This document shows, piece by piece, positions 38,301 to 52,000 of a DNA stretch of 57,902 nucleotides; position 1 is the first letter of the stretch; every line of letters starts with the position of its first letter. The stretch lies in contig NC_068989.1 of NCBI RefSeq assembly GCF_001194135.2, forward strand, positions 70,447,888-70,505,789. Reading direction: 5' to 3'. The notes below the pieces were generated by a model. That model was not told the origin of the DNA, did not search any database, and was given only the letters and a program-made list of their open reading frames with translations. Position numbers and translations under genes: made by a program. Source of the stretch: Octopus bimaculoides (lineage: Eukaryota).

Positions 38301-41300
38301 TCTTTCACCCTTAGCTTTGGTTTCCCCATTGATTAACTGCTAATCCACTCCCCCAAGTATCATCTTCTACCTGATCATTCTTACCTCCTAGCTCAGCTTT
38401 ACTTCTCTTAGCATAACACCTCCTCTCACCATCCTACTACGGCATCACCCTGTCACATCTCTCTGTACTAGATATATAACTATGTATATATGTTATGGTA
38501 CATAGATGGTTATTTTAATTTAATGCTGCTTTCCTTGAGTACATGGGCTTTTTATTCAACCTGGTGGTTATTTGCAATATCATTGAATGCATTATTCACT
38601 GTTTCCTAAACATCGGAAGTGATAAGTTTCATCCAAGTATGTGGTTACGAGTACACACCAATAGTCATTGATGAGGCTCAAGAAGGCTGAAATGCATCTG
38701 CCATCCTTGCTTTCACACCCACATGCATGCATGCACATATATCACAGGCTCCAGTCTTCTATACAAACATATATTTAGTCATGGGAAATAATATCTTGCT
38801 TGATATCAAGAGAGTGTTGGTAACAAGAATGGTCCGTTTGATCCATGCAAGCATAGAAAAGTAGATGTTGAAACCATGAGAATTATGACACTCACACACA
38901 CTCTCAATCGCACATAATCTGCTCACACACACATATGCACATGTACACACACACATACACACATGTCTGGTCATGGGAAATATTACCTTGCTTGGAAATA
39001 GGTGTGATTTGGCAACAAGGACATTGTGACATAGTAATTCCATCTCAGTGAATTCCGTTTGACTCATAGAAGCATAGAAAAAGACAGTACATTAAAATGA
39101 TGATGATGATGACACACATACTAACATACACTCTCACTCACACACACAACTTGCACATTAATAACGCACTCGCATGCACACACATTTGCATAACACACTC
39201 ATGTGAACACACACATACACATAACTGTTGCATGCCAGGTCATTATTAACTGTCTTCTTTTCCATTCTGTTGTATGTTCTGTTTTAGGGAGGTACCCGTA
39301 TGGAGAATGGTAACATTGGCCCCAGTCATGATATTCTTCGTGCGCATGAGACAATGAACAAGTATTTGTCTTCCTTCATTGACCACGTGAGTAGAAGTGA
39401 AGTTAATTTTCTATTATTATTGCTATTTAACCCTCTCAGACTTGGGCCCCTGTGTCTAACTTTCCACCTGGGCTTTTAAGTGAAAAATAAATAGTTGCAT
39501 GTACAGCTTAAGATTAACAATTGCAAGCAAACCAATGAACAGAATAAAGAAAAAAACAAATTCTGATGAATAACAATTATAGGCCTTTCTCTCTCTACTA
39601 CCTTAGGCAAACTAATGGACAGAATCACAAAAAAAATTTCAGGAAAATAACAATAGACGTTACTCTCAACTACTGCTTTTGTTAAGCAATCTAATGGTCA
39701 GGATCATCAAAAAATTGAGGAGAATAACAATTATAAGCCTATCTCTCAACTACCATATTTGTTAGGTAATGGTCAGAATCGCAAAAAAATTTAGGAGAAA
39801 AATAATAACGGGCCTATCTCTCAACTACTGTATTTGTTCCGAACTAATTTCGATGGATGGCACCCATGCCAACGTCGTCTCCTTCATTGGACACAGAAAC
39901 TCGGCTTGCGAAGACCTGTTGAGGCAAGCGAAAGCGAAATCCNNNNNNNNNNNNNNNNNNNNNNNNNNNNNNNNNNNNNNNNNNNNNNNNNNNNNNNNNN
40001 NNNNNNNNNNNNNNNNNNNNNNNNNNNNNNNNNNNNNNNNNNNNNNNNNNNNNNNNNNNNNNNNNNNNNNNNNNNNNNNNNNNNNNNNNNNNNNNNNNNN
40101 NNNNNNNNNNNNNNNNNNNNNNNNNNNNNNNNNNNNNNNNNNNNNNNNNNNNNNNNNNNNNNNNNNNNNNNNNNNNNNNNNNNNNNNNNNNNNNNNNNNN
40201 NNNNNNNNNNNNNNNNNNNNNNNNNNNNNNNNNNNNNNNNNNNNNNNNNNNNNNNNNNNNNNNNNNNNNNNNNNNNNNNNNNNNNNNNNNNNNNNNNNNN
40301 NNNNNNNNNNNNNNNNNNNNNNNNNNNNNNNNNNNNNNNNNNNNNNNNNNNNNNNNNNNNNNNNNNNNNNNNNNNNNNNNNNNNNNNNNNNNNNNNNNNN
40401 NNNNNNNNNNNNNNNNNNNNNNNNNNNNNNNNNNNNNNNNNNNNNNNNNNNNNNNNNNNNNNNNNNNNNNNNNNNNNNNNNNNNNNNNNNNNNNNNNNNN
40501 NNNNNNNNNNNNNNNNNNNNNNNNNNNNNNNNNNNNNNNNNNNNNNNNNNNNNNNNNNNNNNNNNNNNNNNNNNNNNNNNNNNNNNNNNNNNNNNNNNNN
40601 NNNNNNNNNNNNNNNNNNNNNNNNNNNNNNNNNNNNNNNNNNNNNNNNNNNNNNNNNNNNNNNNNNNNNNNNNNNNNNNNNNNNNNNNNNNNNNNNNNNN
40701 NNNNNNNNNNNNNNNNNNNNNNNNNNNNNNNNNNNNNNNNNNNNNNNNNNNNNNNNNNNNNNNNNNNNNNNNNNNNNNNNNNNNNNNNNNNNNNNNNNNN
40801 NNNNNNNNNNNNNNNNNNNNNNNNNNNNNNNNNNNNNNNNNNNNNNNNNNNNNNNNNNNNNNNNNNNNNNNNNNNNNNNNNNNNNNNNNNATAATAACGG
40901 GCCTATCTCTCAACTACTGTATTTGTTCCGAACTAATTTCGACGGATGGCACCCATGCCAACGTCGTCTCCTTCATTGGACACAGAAACTCGGCTTGCGA
41001 AGACCTGTTGAGGCAAGCGAAAGCGAAATCCTTATGGCACCTGTGCCCTGGCACTTGTGCCGGTGGCACGTGTAAGGACATTTGAGCGAGATCGTTGCCA
41101 GTGCCGCTGAACTGGCTCCTGTGCATGTGGCACATAAAAGACACCACTTTGAGCGTGGCCATTGCCAGTACTGCCTGACTAGCCTTCGTGCCGGTGGCAC
41201 GTAAAAGCACCTACTACACTGTCTGAGTGGTTGGCGTTAGGAAGGGCATCCAGCTGTAGAAACTCTGCCAAATCAGATTGGAGCCTGGTGTAGCCATCTG

Positions 41301-41823
41301 GATCACCAGTCCTCAGTCAAATCGTCCAACCCATGCTAGCATGGAAAGCGGACGTTAAACGATGATGATGATGATGATGATGATGAATTGTTTACTTTCC
41401 TTGTCACTTTCACCAGTTTGATTGTCTGAATCACTCTCACTGCTGGTGTAAGTGTAAACTCTTCACTTGAGGAATAAATATTGTCAATAGTTTCCTCAAC
41501 TGCAAAGAGTCTTAGGCTTTGCTCATTTACAAGACGGCATGCTGGTTTCATTTACATGCTTGTTTCATGGCAAAACCGTCTTTTTTTCCCCATAAGAAAC
41601 AAAAGTAAACAACAGCTGTGGGTGGGGGGACACCATTAACAATGAGTCATAAACACACTTGACTACAAAGCTGCCATATGATCAGTTGTTTATTTTTAAT
41701 ATTTTATTTTCTTTTTCTATGTGTGATGTTCATTACTGCTTTAGCAGAAATCCAGCAGAGATGACATTTAAACTATTCTCTTTGCAGATCAGCAAAGAGA
41801 CCAATGGAATAAATACCAAGGTT

Positions 41824-41864
<41 letters not shown>

Positions 41865-42972
41865 CTCAAAAATTCAACTAAAAATTCTTGAAGGTTTTGT
41901 TTGTCCCAACGCTGTAGTAGAAGACACTTGCCCAAGGTGCCATGCCTGGAACCATTTGGTTGGGAAGCAAGCTTCTTGGCAAGTGATCTGGTTTTAATTT
42001 ATACTTAAAGCTGTTGGACTTCACATCATTTTACTAACGACCTACAAAGAGTGTATTAACATTGCACCATCTCATTTCTCTTCCATCATTGCTGTGAGAA
42101 GAAAGTATTATGTTGGAAATGTTGGCATTGTATTGTATTTGAGTCTCTTTGTCTTTTCTTTAGTCTTTGAAAGATGCTGATTATTCTGTGAAAGATAAAA
42201 CATTCTTGGAAAACGTGTTGAATGCTGAGTTTATTGATACATCTATTCAAGGAATATTTTACAATGGTAATGTAGGATTTTCCTGTTGTTTGTCTTTAAT
42301 TTAATTTTTAAAAATATTAACATTCATATATGTGAAGACGTGTAGGCTAGAGGTTATGGTGTTGCACGCACGACTGGTACTGGTACCATGTAAAAAGCAC
42401 CTGTGCTGGCAACATGTAAGAGCACTTGTGCCAGTGCCTCATACAGAGTACCTGTGCTGGCACCATGTACAGAGATCCTGTGCTAGTGCCACATAAACTG
42501 CATCTGTATCAGCACTATATAAAGAGCACCTGTAACAGCGTCACATAAAGAGCACCTATGACAGTTCCACATTAAATGCACTGGTGCCACATAGAAAGTA
42601 CCCTGTATACTCTGTAATGTGGTTGGTGTTAGGAAGAGCATCCAGCTATAGAAACCAAGCTAAAACAGATCATGCAACCTGGTGTGATCCAGCTCCTATC
42701 AAACTGTTCTGCTCATGCTAGTGTGGAAAATGGACATTAAATTTGGTAATAAAAGAATTATCAAACTAAAAGCTTGTACCTTATTTAGCCATTATTTTTG
42801 ATGGCATGGGGCCAGATGGTCTTCCACTATAATAATACTCATGTGTTTTTTTCTGTCACAACATATGAATGAGAAAGGAAGGGGTGATGACAAACTGGTG
42901 TGCAATGGAAGTGGGATGGTGAACATTCAATCCTGGAAAGGAAAATCAAACAGCATTTCAACTCTGTGTGAG

Positions 42973-43007
<35 letters not shown>

Positions 43008-46000
43008 AAGGGAAGTATGTGAATGTATGTGTGAACCAGAATTCTTTGGGTAACAAACGATGATCGATGTCACATTTCAAAAGACAACCACTAGATATCA
43101 TTGACAAGTGTATTAATTTGGTTTACCCTCCATATTTATATATAAAATACTACAATTAGCTGTCAAATTTGACAGCACGGGGTCAGCTAGTTAAAAAATA
43201 AAAGGTAAAAAGTGCTTAGTCACTTTCTAGTTTCTTTTGAATCAGAGTTTATGTTGCTTGAGTGATTCAGGAACTGAATTCACACCCACTTAGCTAACCT
43301 ATTACACACGATGCTTTATAGAAAAAAAAAGGTAGGCTTTCAAAGTTCTTAATTACCACTAATTGGTCGTGCTATGGGGACATTGAGATAATAACTCTTA
43401 AAATTTTAAGTGTGAAGTTATACCAAAATAGGTCAAAAGTGGGTTATGATATTTTGTCATGTGGAAAAAAGTACATTACTGTATTTGCCCCATTTTCATT
43501 GCAATGGAAAATAAATTCTAAATTAATTATTGCGGCTAATTTTATAGATAAATATTCAAGCCAAGAACCACCTACTTAAAAATTTGAATCAAAACTATGA
43601 ATTTTGGTAACACGTACTCATGCACACACAAAAGGGAAGTTGCCTCCCTTAGAATCTCCTCAAAATTATCTCCCCTATTAAATTTTTGTTACAGGAGAAA
43701 AAAAATCCCGCGAAAAAGTAAAACTGAATTTTTCTTCTGTTCGTTTAATATCCGGGTCAGGAGAATATTTTTCAGTTGTGTGACTAAATCTTCGCGCGTC
43801 TAATTTTGCTAGTGTTAACCTCCATTCTAAATTCCTCAGCAATCTTGACTGCTTCACTTCTGAATTCATTTTCATTTGAAGCAAAAATTTAGTTCATTGC
43901 TTTGAGAAGTTTGCCTTTCGTCTTTACAAAGTTTGTTATAAAAATTACTAGTACGATACCCTGGCACTTCATTATCATCACTCTCCTGCTCTCTTTTGCA
44001 TGCTTATTGTCTCCCCCTCTCTCTCCCTTGCTCTTCTCTCTGGGTGGGTAAACCATGTATCCTCTTTCTTATGACCACTCTCCTTCTCTTTCTCTCTCTC
44101 TTGGCTGGGTAGCCATGCACCTTCTCTATAGCAAGACACCTGTTTCTGTCTCTCTGTCACACTCTAATCTTTCATCATATAACACAAGATCACCTCCCCT
44201 AATACACGATGGACTTACACAGTGTTCATCTACCAAATTAACTCAAAAGGCATTGGTCAACTTAAGGCTATAATAGAAGATGCTTGTCCAAAGTGCCAAA
44301 CAGTGGGACTGACCTTGAAACCACAGCTAGCTTCTTAACCATGCAGCCATGCCTGTACACACACACGTTTATTTGTTTCGGTCATTTGACTGCAGCCATG
44401 CTGGAGCACCACTTTGAAGGATTTTAGTCAAAAAAATTGGTCCCAGGACATTTTTTTTAAAGCTTATTACTTATTCTATCAGTCCCTTTTGCTGAACTGC
44501 TAAATTATAGAAATGTAACAGTATCAGGTGTCAAGCAGTGATGGGATGAGGAGACAAATACAGACATATATATACACCCACACACACACGACAGGTTTCT
44601 TTCAGTTTCCGTCTACCATATCCACTCATAAGGCTTTGGTTGGCTTGAGGCTATAGTAGTAGACACTTGCCCAAGGTCCCACACAGTGTGACTGAACCCA
44701 GGACCATGTGATTGGGAACCAAGCTTCTTATCACAACCACGCGCACGCGCGCGTGTGTGTTCTACCCACTGGTTTTGGTTTACTTTCGTCTCTTTAACTT
44801 AGTGCTTTGGCAAAAGACACTTATAAAATAAGCACCAAACCTTGAAAAAGAAAGATAAAAGTACTGGGGTTGATGTCATTGACAAAATCCTAACCTTGTA
44901 TTTAAGTAAATAATGTTTACTTAGGTACAAGTTTAGGTGTAGAAAGTGGGACAAAATCAGTTACATTATCCTCTATGGAAGATGAAAGATGACAGGTAAA
45001 TGCAGCCTTCAAGAGGGGTTTGAATGCAAGGTGTAAAGACAAAAACTCAACACTATAACACATCTACTTTAGTCTATTTCTGTTATGAATTCACTCTTCT
45101 TTTTTTTCCTTTTTTTCCAGATAATGGTCATTCCTTTGATCGTCTTCTCTTCTATGGTCATGAAATTCTGTTAGTGCAATTTGAAATCCTTCTCTTCAAT
45201 GTAGTTGATCTTATTTGGCAGAACTTCATCTTGGCAGCTGCTCTTACTTATGTTGGATATTCAGTAAGTTGGTTCTATGAGCTTTATCAACATCATCATC
45301 ATCATCAGTATTGTTTTTTGCTGAACCTTTGTTTGTGAAAGTGACAAGAGAGTCCAGTTATTATTATTGTTATTATTTTAAGGTGGTGAGCTGGCAGAAT
45401 GCTTAGCAGCATTTTGTCTTTACGTCCTGAGTTCAAATTCTGCCGAGGTTGACTTTGCCTTTCATCCTTTCTGGGTTGATAAAATAAGTACCAGTTGAGT
45501 ACTGAGGTTGATGTATTCAATTCACCCTACTACCCTGAAATTGCTGGCCCTGTGCCAAAATTTGAAACCATTATTATTATTATTATTATTATGTTAAGGT
45601 GCTGAACTAGCAGAATTGTTTGCATGCTGGGCAGAATGCTTAATGGCATTTTGTCCGTTTTTATGTTCTGATTTCAAATTCCACTGAGGTTGACTTTGCC
45701 CTTCATCCTTTTGGCATCAGTAAAATAAGTACCAGTTGAACTCTTGGGTCAATGTAATCAATTTACCCTCCCCTGAAAATACTGGCTTTGTGCCAAAATT
45801 TAAAATCATTATCATCGTCGTTAAGGCTGCAAGCTGCTAGAATCATTAGCACGTCAGGCAAAATGCTTAGCTGCAATTCGTCCATCTTTACATTCTGAGT
45901 TAAAATTTCACAGAGGTTGACTTTGCCTTTCATCCTATAATAGAAAGGATTATTATTATTATTATTATTATTATTATTTTAAAGTGGTGAGCTGGCAGAA

Positions 46001-49000
46001 CTGTTAGTATGCTGGGTAAAATACTTAGCAACATTTCGTCCATCTTTGACCACTTGGGTTGATATAATTGATTTATTCCCTCCTCCAAATTGCTGGCCAT
46101 GTGCCAAAATTTGGAAACAGTATTTCAAATTTCACCGAGGTTGACTTTGCCTTTCATCCTTTTGGGGGTCAATAAAATAAACACCAATCAAACACTGGGA
46201 TCAATCATCATCATTTAACATCTGCCAGTAATTCGTTAATACCCTCCTCCAAAATTTCAGGCCTTGTGCCTATAGTAGAAAGGATTATTATTATTATTCT
46301 ATTAAGGCAGTGAGCTGGCGGAAGATTAGCACTTCGAGTAAAATGCTTATTGGCATTTTGCCTATCTTTTTGTTCTGAGCTCAAATTCTTCTACGGTTGA
46401 CTTTGCCTTTCATCCCTTTGCTGTCGATAAAGTAAGTACCAGTCAAGTTCTGGGGTTGACGTAATCGACTATCCCCCACCCAAGATTTCAGGCCTTCTGT
46501 CTGTAGTGGAATGCATTACTATTAAGGTGGAGAGCTCGCAGAACTGTTGGCATACCAGACAAAATGTTTAGTGGCATTTCATCTGTCTTTATGTTGTGTT
46601 CAAATTCTGCCAGGGTAAACTTTACCTCACATCCTTTTGGGAGGAGCCCTGGGGTTAATGTGATTGACTAACCCCCTCCTTCAAAATTTCAGGTCTTTTG
46701 CCTATAGTACAAAGGATTATTATTACTATTATTTTTTGCTGAACCTTTGTTCATCAAAGCGACTGGAGTCCAGTTTTTTCTTTTACTATTGTTATTATTA
46801 TTATTATCAAGGCTGCAAGCTGGCAGAATTGTTAGCATGCTGGACGAAATGCTCAGTGGTGCTTCACCTGTCACTACATTCATTGTTCAAATTCCGTCGA
46901 GGTTGACGTCACCTGTTATCCTTTTGGGGCCAATAAATTAAGTACCAGTGAAACACTGGGGTTGATGTAGTCGACTAATCTCCCTCTCCTCCAAATTTCA
47001 GGCCTTGTGCTTTTAATAGAAAGGATTATTATTATTATTATAGCTGCATGTAAGGCAGTGAGCTGGCAGAATCATTAGCATGCGGGGTGAAATGCTTAGT
47101 GGTATTTTGCCCGTTGCTATGTTTCGTTAAGGTCAACTTTGCCTTTCATTCTTTTGAGCCTGATAAGATAGGTCAACCTTGGTGGCATTTGAAGTGAGAA
47201 TGTGAAGATGGACGAAATGCCACTAAGCATTTTGTGCTGCAAGCTAACAATTCAGGCCAGCACTCTGCTCTGAATATCATCATCATCATCATCATCATCA
47301 TCGTTTAACGTCCGCTTTCCATGCTAGCATGGGTTGGACGAATAATATTAATATATTTGTAAAGTGGTGAGCTGGCAGAGCTATTAATATATTGGACAAA
47401 ATTCTTAGCAGCAGTTTTGTTTGGTTCTTTGTTCTGAATTCAAATTCCACCAAGGTTGACTTTGCTTTTCATTCTTTCAGTTGAGCATGAGGTGGGAGGA
47501 GGCATTGGTGTAACTGAAATGTGAATGTGTACCCATTGCACTTAAATGTGGTTTAAGAAGGGCATCCAGCTGTAGAAACCTTGCCAGATCAGATTGGAGC
47601 CTGGTACAGTCTTCTGGCTTGCTAGCCCTGTCAAACTGTCCAACCCATGCCATCATGGAAGGCGGACATTAAACGATGATGATGATGATGATCATCATCA
47701 TCATCATTGTTTAATGTTCATTTTTTTGTGCTTGCAAGGGTTGGACAAAGTTTATTGGAGGGAGATTTTCTATGGTCAGATGCCCTTCTTGTTGCCAACC
47801 CTCATTCGTTTTCGAAGCAAGGTAATGTTCCCCCACATCTAGACATGTTCTCACAGAATATTGGAAATGAATGACACTGCTTGTATGACAGTGACACTCA
47901 TTTACAACTATCATGTAATGTGAAGACAAGGAGGCACAAACACACATATGTATTTACATGTATATGCTTGCACAGGTGTATATGTGTTAGGGTCTCTTTG
48001 TTGTGACATCACGTGATAGTTGTAAAATAGTACCACGATCATACAAATGATGCCCATCATATCTAATCTTCCATATAAACATGTCTGGCCATGGGGGAAA
48101 ATATTACCTTACTTGGAAACAGGTGAAGGTTGGTAACAGGAAGGACATCTGGCTGTAAAATATCAGCCACAACAAACTCCATTCAACCCATGCCAGTATG
48201 GAAAATTGAAAAGTCATGTATAATGTACTGTAAGCAAAGTAGAAGCTTTTATTTATTATTAGCAAACATACAAACATACATGAAGACATGGGGAATACAA
48301 ACTCATTCACACCAACACACAAAGATGGAATTCTTCCAGTTTGCATCTACTAAATCCAATCACAAGTTATTGGTCAGCCAGTGGCTATATTATACAATGC
48401 CATCCAACAGCATTTGCTCAGAGGGTCTGAATCTCTAACTACTTTGCTTCTAAAACAAATTTACTTAACCATACAGGCATGTCTGAGTGTATTCATTTCC
48501 TTATATTATTTTCTCATCCTGTTGTAAACCACAAATAACTGCAAAAACTCCATATTCACAATGTTAACCTGTTGCTTGATATACTCTAGTGCCTCCTACA
48601 CAAATTATATTACCTCTGTTTGCCTCATTGAGCCAGAGAAATAACCATCACTTCTTTACAGTGAAGGGTAGCATCTGTTTTGCTGTTAGCACTAAAACAG
48701 GGCATGGTAACCGCTCAGACACAATGTGTGTGTGTATATGTATATATATATATATATATACACACACGCTCACACAGATACATGAGTGAGTGGACAAATG
48801 AAAGAAAAGGGCACTCAACACATGTACTAGGAGGTATATGTATTATTTAAATAGTTTGATTCGGTTCCATGCAACTTTCATAGGCCTCTAACGGAAAAAC
48901 CATCTTGTTCAGGCTTAGACTTGGTAAATCTAAAGTCTGAAAGAGACAGGCCTCTAACAGAGGCCTGCAAAACTTCAAGCTGAATGTAGCCGTTTTAAAT

Positions 49001-52000
49001 AATAATAATGATTAATATATATATATTTCTTGAAATGAGTTTTCAATTTGCAATTATAATTTTTTGATAAGAAATGCTCTCTTTTTCACAATGCTAGCAT
49101 AACTTAAAAAAAGAGAAAATACTTTGGGCTTTTCAGTACTTAAAAAGAGAATTCCAAAATAAGGTAATTTAATTAGAAACTTTTAAGCATTTAATTTATT
49201 CTATTTGCTTTATACAAGTTATCCAAGCTTATTTTATTTTCCTGGATTGATTTGCTTTCATTACCAATCCCCCAGTTATATATACACAAAATCAAACATC
49301 AGCTAGTCTCCATTCAGGTGAACCTTTTTTCATAGTTATATGAAAACCAACAAGACAACTGAATAACACTATTTTCAATATTGAAATTATATTAAAAAAA
49401 AATAGTATAAATGAAAAACTCAGTTTGGAACTGTGTGAGGGCATCCAGTTGTAGAAACTCTGCCAAATCAGATTGGAGCCTGGTGTAGCCATCTGGTTTC
49501 ACCAGTCAAATCGTCCAGCCCATGCTAGCATGGAAAGCGGACGTTAAACGATGATGATGATGATATATATATATACACAATATATACACATACACATATG
49601 AAGGGGTACAGAACAGTTCCTGGCTTTGAGTATAAGAAAATACAGGAGGATCAGTTAATTATGATTTTGTTCAACATATTCCCCTCTCACATTCGCACAC
49701 TTGTAGTGGTCCTTCAGTTTTTCTAAGCCCTCTAAAAGAACTCAGATGGTTGGGTCTCCAACCAGGCCTTTTGCAATACCCTTAAAGTCAAGAACTTTTC
49801 AGTACTCTCTTGTACATACATAATATATATCTACATATAAACTCACACACACACACACACGCACAGATTCCTTTTTATAATGGTTTAAAATTACTAAAAC
49901 TAGGTTGTTCAGCAAATTTAAAAGTGAACTCTGTCTCTACATTTTCAATGCATAGTATTCCTGGAAGAGTCGTAGAGTCCTCAGGCACCTCCTCCATTTG
50001 GTCCTATCCAGAAACAAGTCATTAACCTTTTAGCATTCAGGTTACTCTGTGAAGTGTAATGCTTATTTAGTCATATTTAGTTTTGAATTAGTCATGCATT
50101 ATCTCATAGCTTCAAGATTTCAGTGATGTGATTGTTTATTCTTAGAATGACATTGTAGGGTAAGTGGGAGAGGCTGGATATGGCCAGTTTAACCACATAA
50201 TAGGCAGTATATTTTGGCTCGATAAAGTCGGTTTAAATCTGTTAGATTTCCAAGTCGAAGCATGACCAAGTGAGACAATGGACATTGTGCAGCCATCTTG
50301 CTCATTGGTCTACCCCTAGGTTCCCTGGTGGTTGGCTCAGCTTGAAGAATCTGTCATGGTGATCCTTTCTTGCAGTATTCTAACCATATGTTCATAGTAC
50401 CAGAGCTGTGACCTCTTAGTCTTGTGAAATCTGTCATAATGACATTTGATAAGTGACTTCTTTGTATTTATCTTTTACTTGTTTTGGTCATTTGACTGCA
50501 GGCATGCTGGGGCACTGCCTTCAAGTGTTTTAACCAAACAAATCGACCCCTAGGTCTTATTTTTTTTTTAAAAGCCTGCTACTGATTCTATCTGTCTGTT
50601 ATGCTAAACCACTAAGTTACGGGGTACCTAAACACACCAACATCGGTTGCCAAGCAGTGGTAGGGGACAAACGCAAACATGCATGATGGGCTTCTTTCAG
50701 TTTCTGTCTACCAAATCCACTCACCAGGCTTTGGTTGGCCTGAGACTATAATAGTAGACACTTGCCCAAAGTGCCATGCAGTGAGACTGAACCTGGAACC
50801 ATGCAATTGGGAAGCAAGCTTCTTACCACACAGTCACACCTGCCATATTGCTTGCTCAGGATGTCCAATTCTGTTTTTGTATTTCCCTCCAGACTGTTAC
50901 AGTTTCATTATGAATCCTGCTAAATATATGTGCCTAAAACCAAAGATTTCCCACTGGTTATCTTCATCAGTGCTACAGAAAATGTGAAAATATTGTTTGC
51001 CCTTTTGTTGCACACTCTTTTCTCTCTAAGTTGTATCTGAGAATTATGTTAAAGGTACATGTGTCAATGGATTACTCAGGTGTTAACACATTAATTTCAA
51101 AAGCAGGAATCAAGATGGTTGACTAAATGAATGCACTTTATCAAAACCAGCAGAGAATTTGCTGGTCAAAAATCACAGGATCTGGTGGTCTCAGGGATTT
51201 ATCTCCCCACTGGCAATATAAACAAGAATGCATTTTGCATCAAATGCCAATATGAGAGCTTCTCCCATGGTAGCTACCACAGTATAGTTTGTTCTAACAA
51301 GACATCCACATTTAAGTGCTGATAAATATCAGATTCTACTGTTCAAGATTTGGGTAATAATGTCAATATTTTAAGAAAATTGGAATATGCATGGCTCAGT
51401 GGTTAGTGCTGGGCTCACAATCACAAGGTAGTGAGTTTGATTCCTAGACCAGGCTGTGTGTGGTGTTCTTGAGTGAGACTTATTTCACGTTGCTGCAGTT
51501 CACTCAGCTGTAGAAATGAGTTGCATTGTCATTGGTGCCAAGCTGTATCAGCCTTTGCCTTTCCCTTGGATAACATTGGTGGCATGGAGAGGGGAGGTTG
51601 GTATGCATGAGTAACTGCTGGTCTTCCATAAACAACCCTGCCTGGACTTGTGCCTGCAATCCCATGGTCATTCATGACAGAAAGGGGTCTTTACCTTTGT
51701 AATATATATATGTGTGTGTGTGTAAGGCAGCAAGCTGGCAGAAACATTAGCACGCCAGGCGAAATGCTTAGCAGTATTTCGTCTGTCTTTATGTTCTGAG
51801 TTCAAATTCTGCCGAGGCTGACTTTGCCTTTCATCCTTTTGGGGGTCAATAAATTAAGTACCAGTTGCGTACTGGGGTCAATCTAATTGACTGGCCCTCT
51901 CCCCCAAAATTTCAGGCCTTGTATCTAGAGTAGAAAAGAATATATATATGTGTGTGTCTTGTTTCATTTGACTGTTTTGTTTTTGTTTTTTTTTTCATGC

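Noticed and set aside
39769-41085. Long ORFs (362-438 aa) and an apparent direct duplication of 39805-39942 at 40891-41030
   Set aside because: The ORFs are mostly N. The near-identical flanks on both sides of the gap (one mismatch) indicate overlapping contigs or haplotypes rather than a gene or true duplication.
45370-47480. CRISPR-like repeat-spacer array
   Set aside because: The units are about 200-nt diverged SINEs with no unique spacers, in a eukaryotic intron with no cas genes.
50940-50985. Minus-strand CTGATGA...GAAA as another hammerhead
   Set aside because: Stems I and II do not pair.
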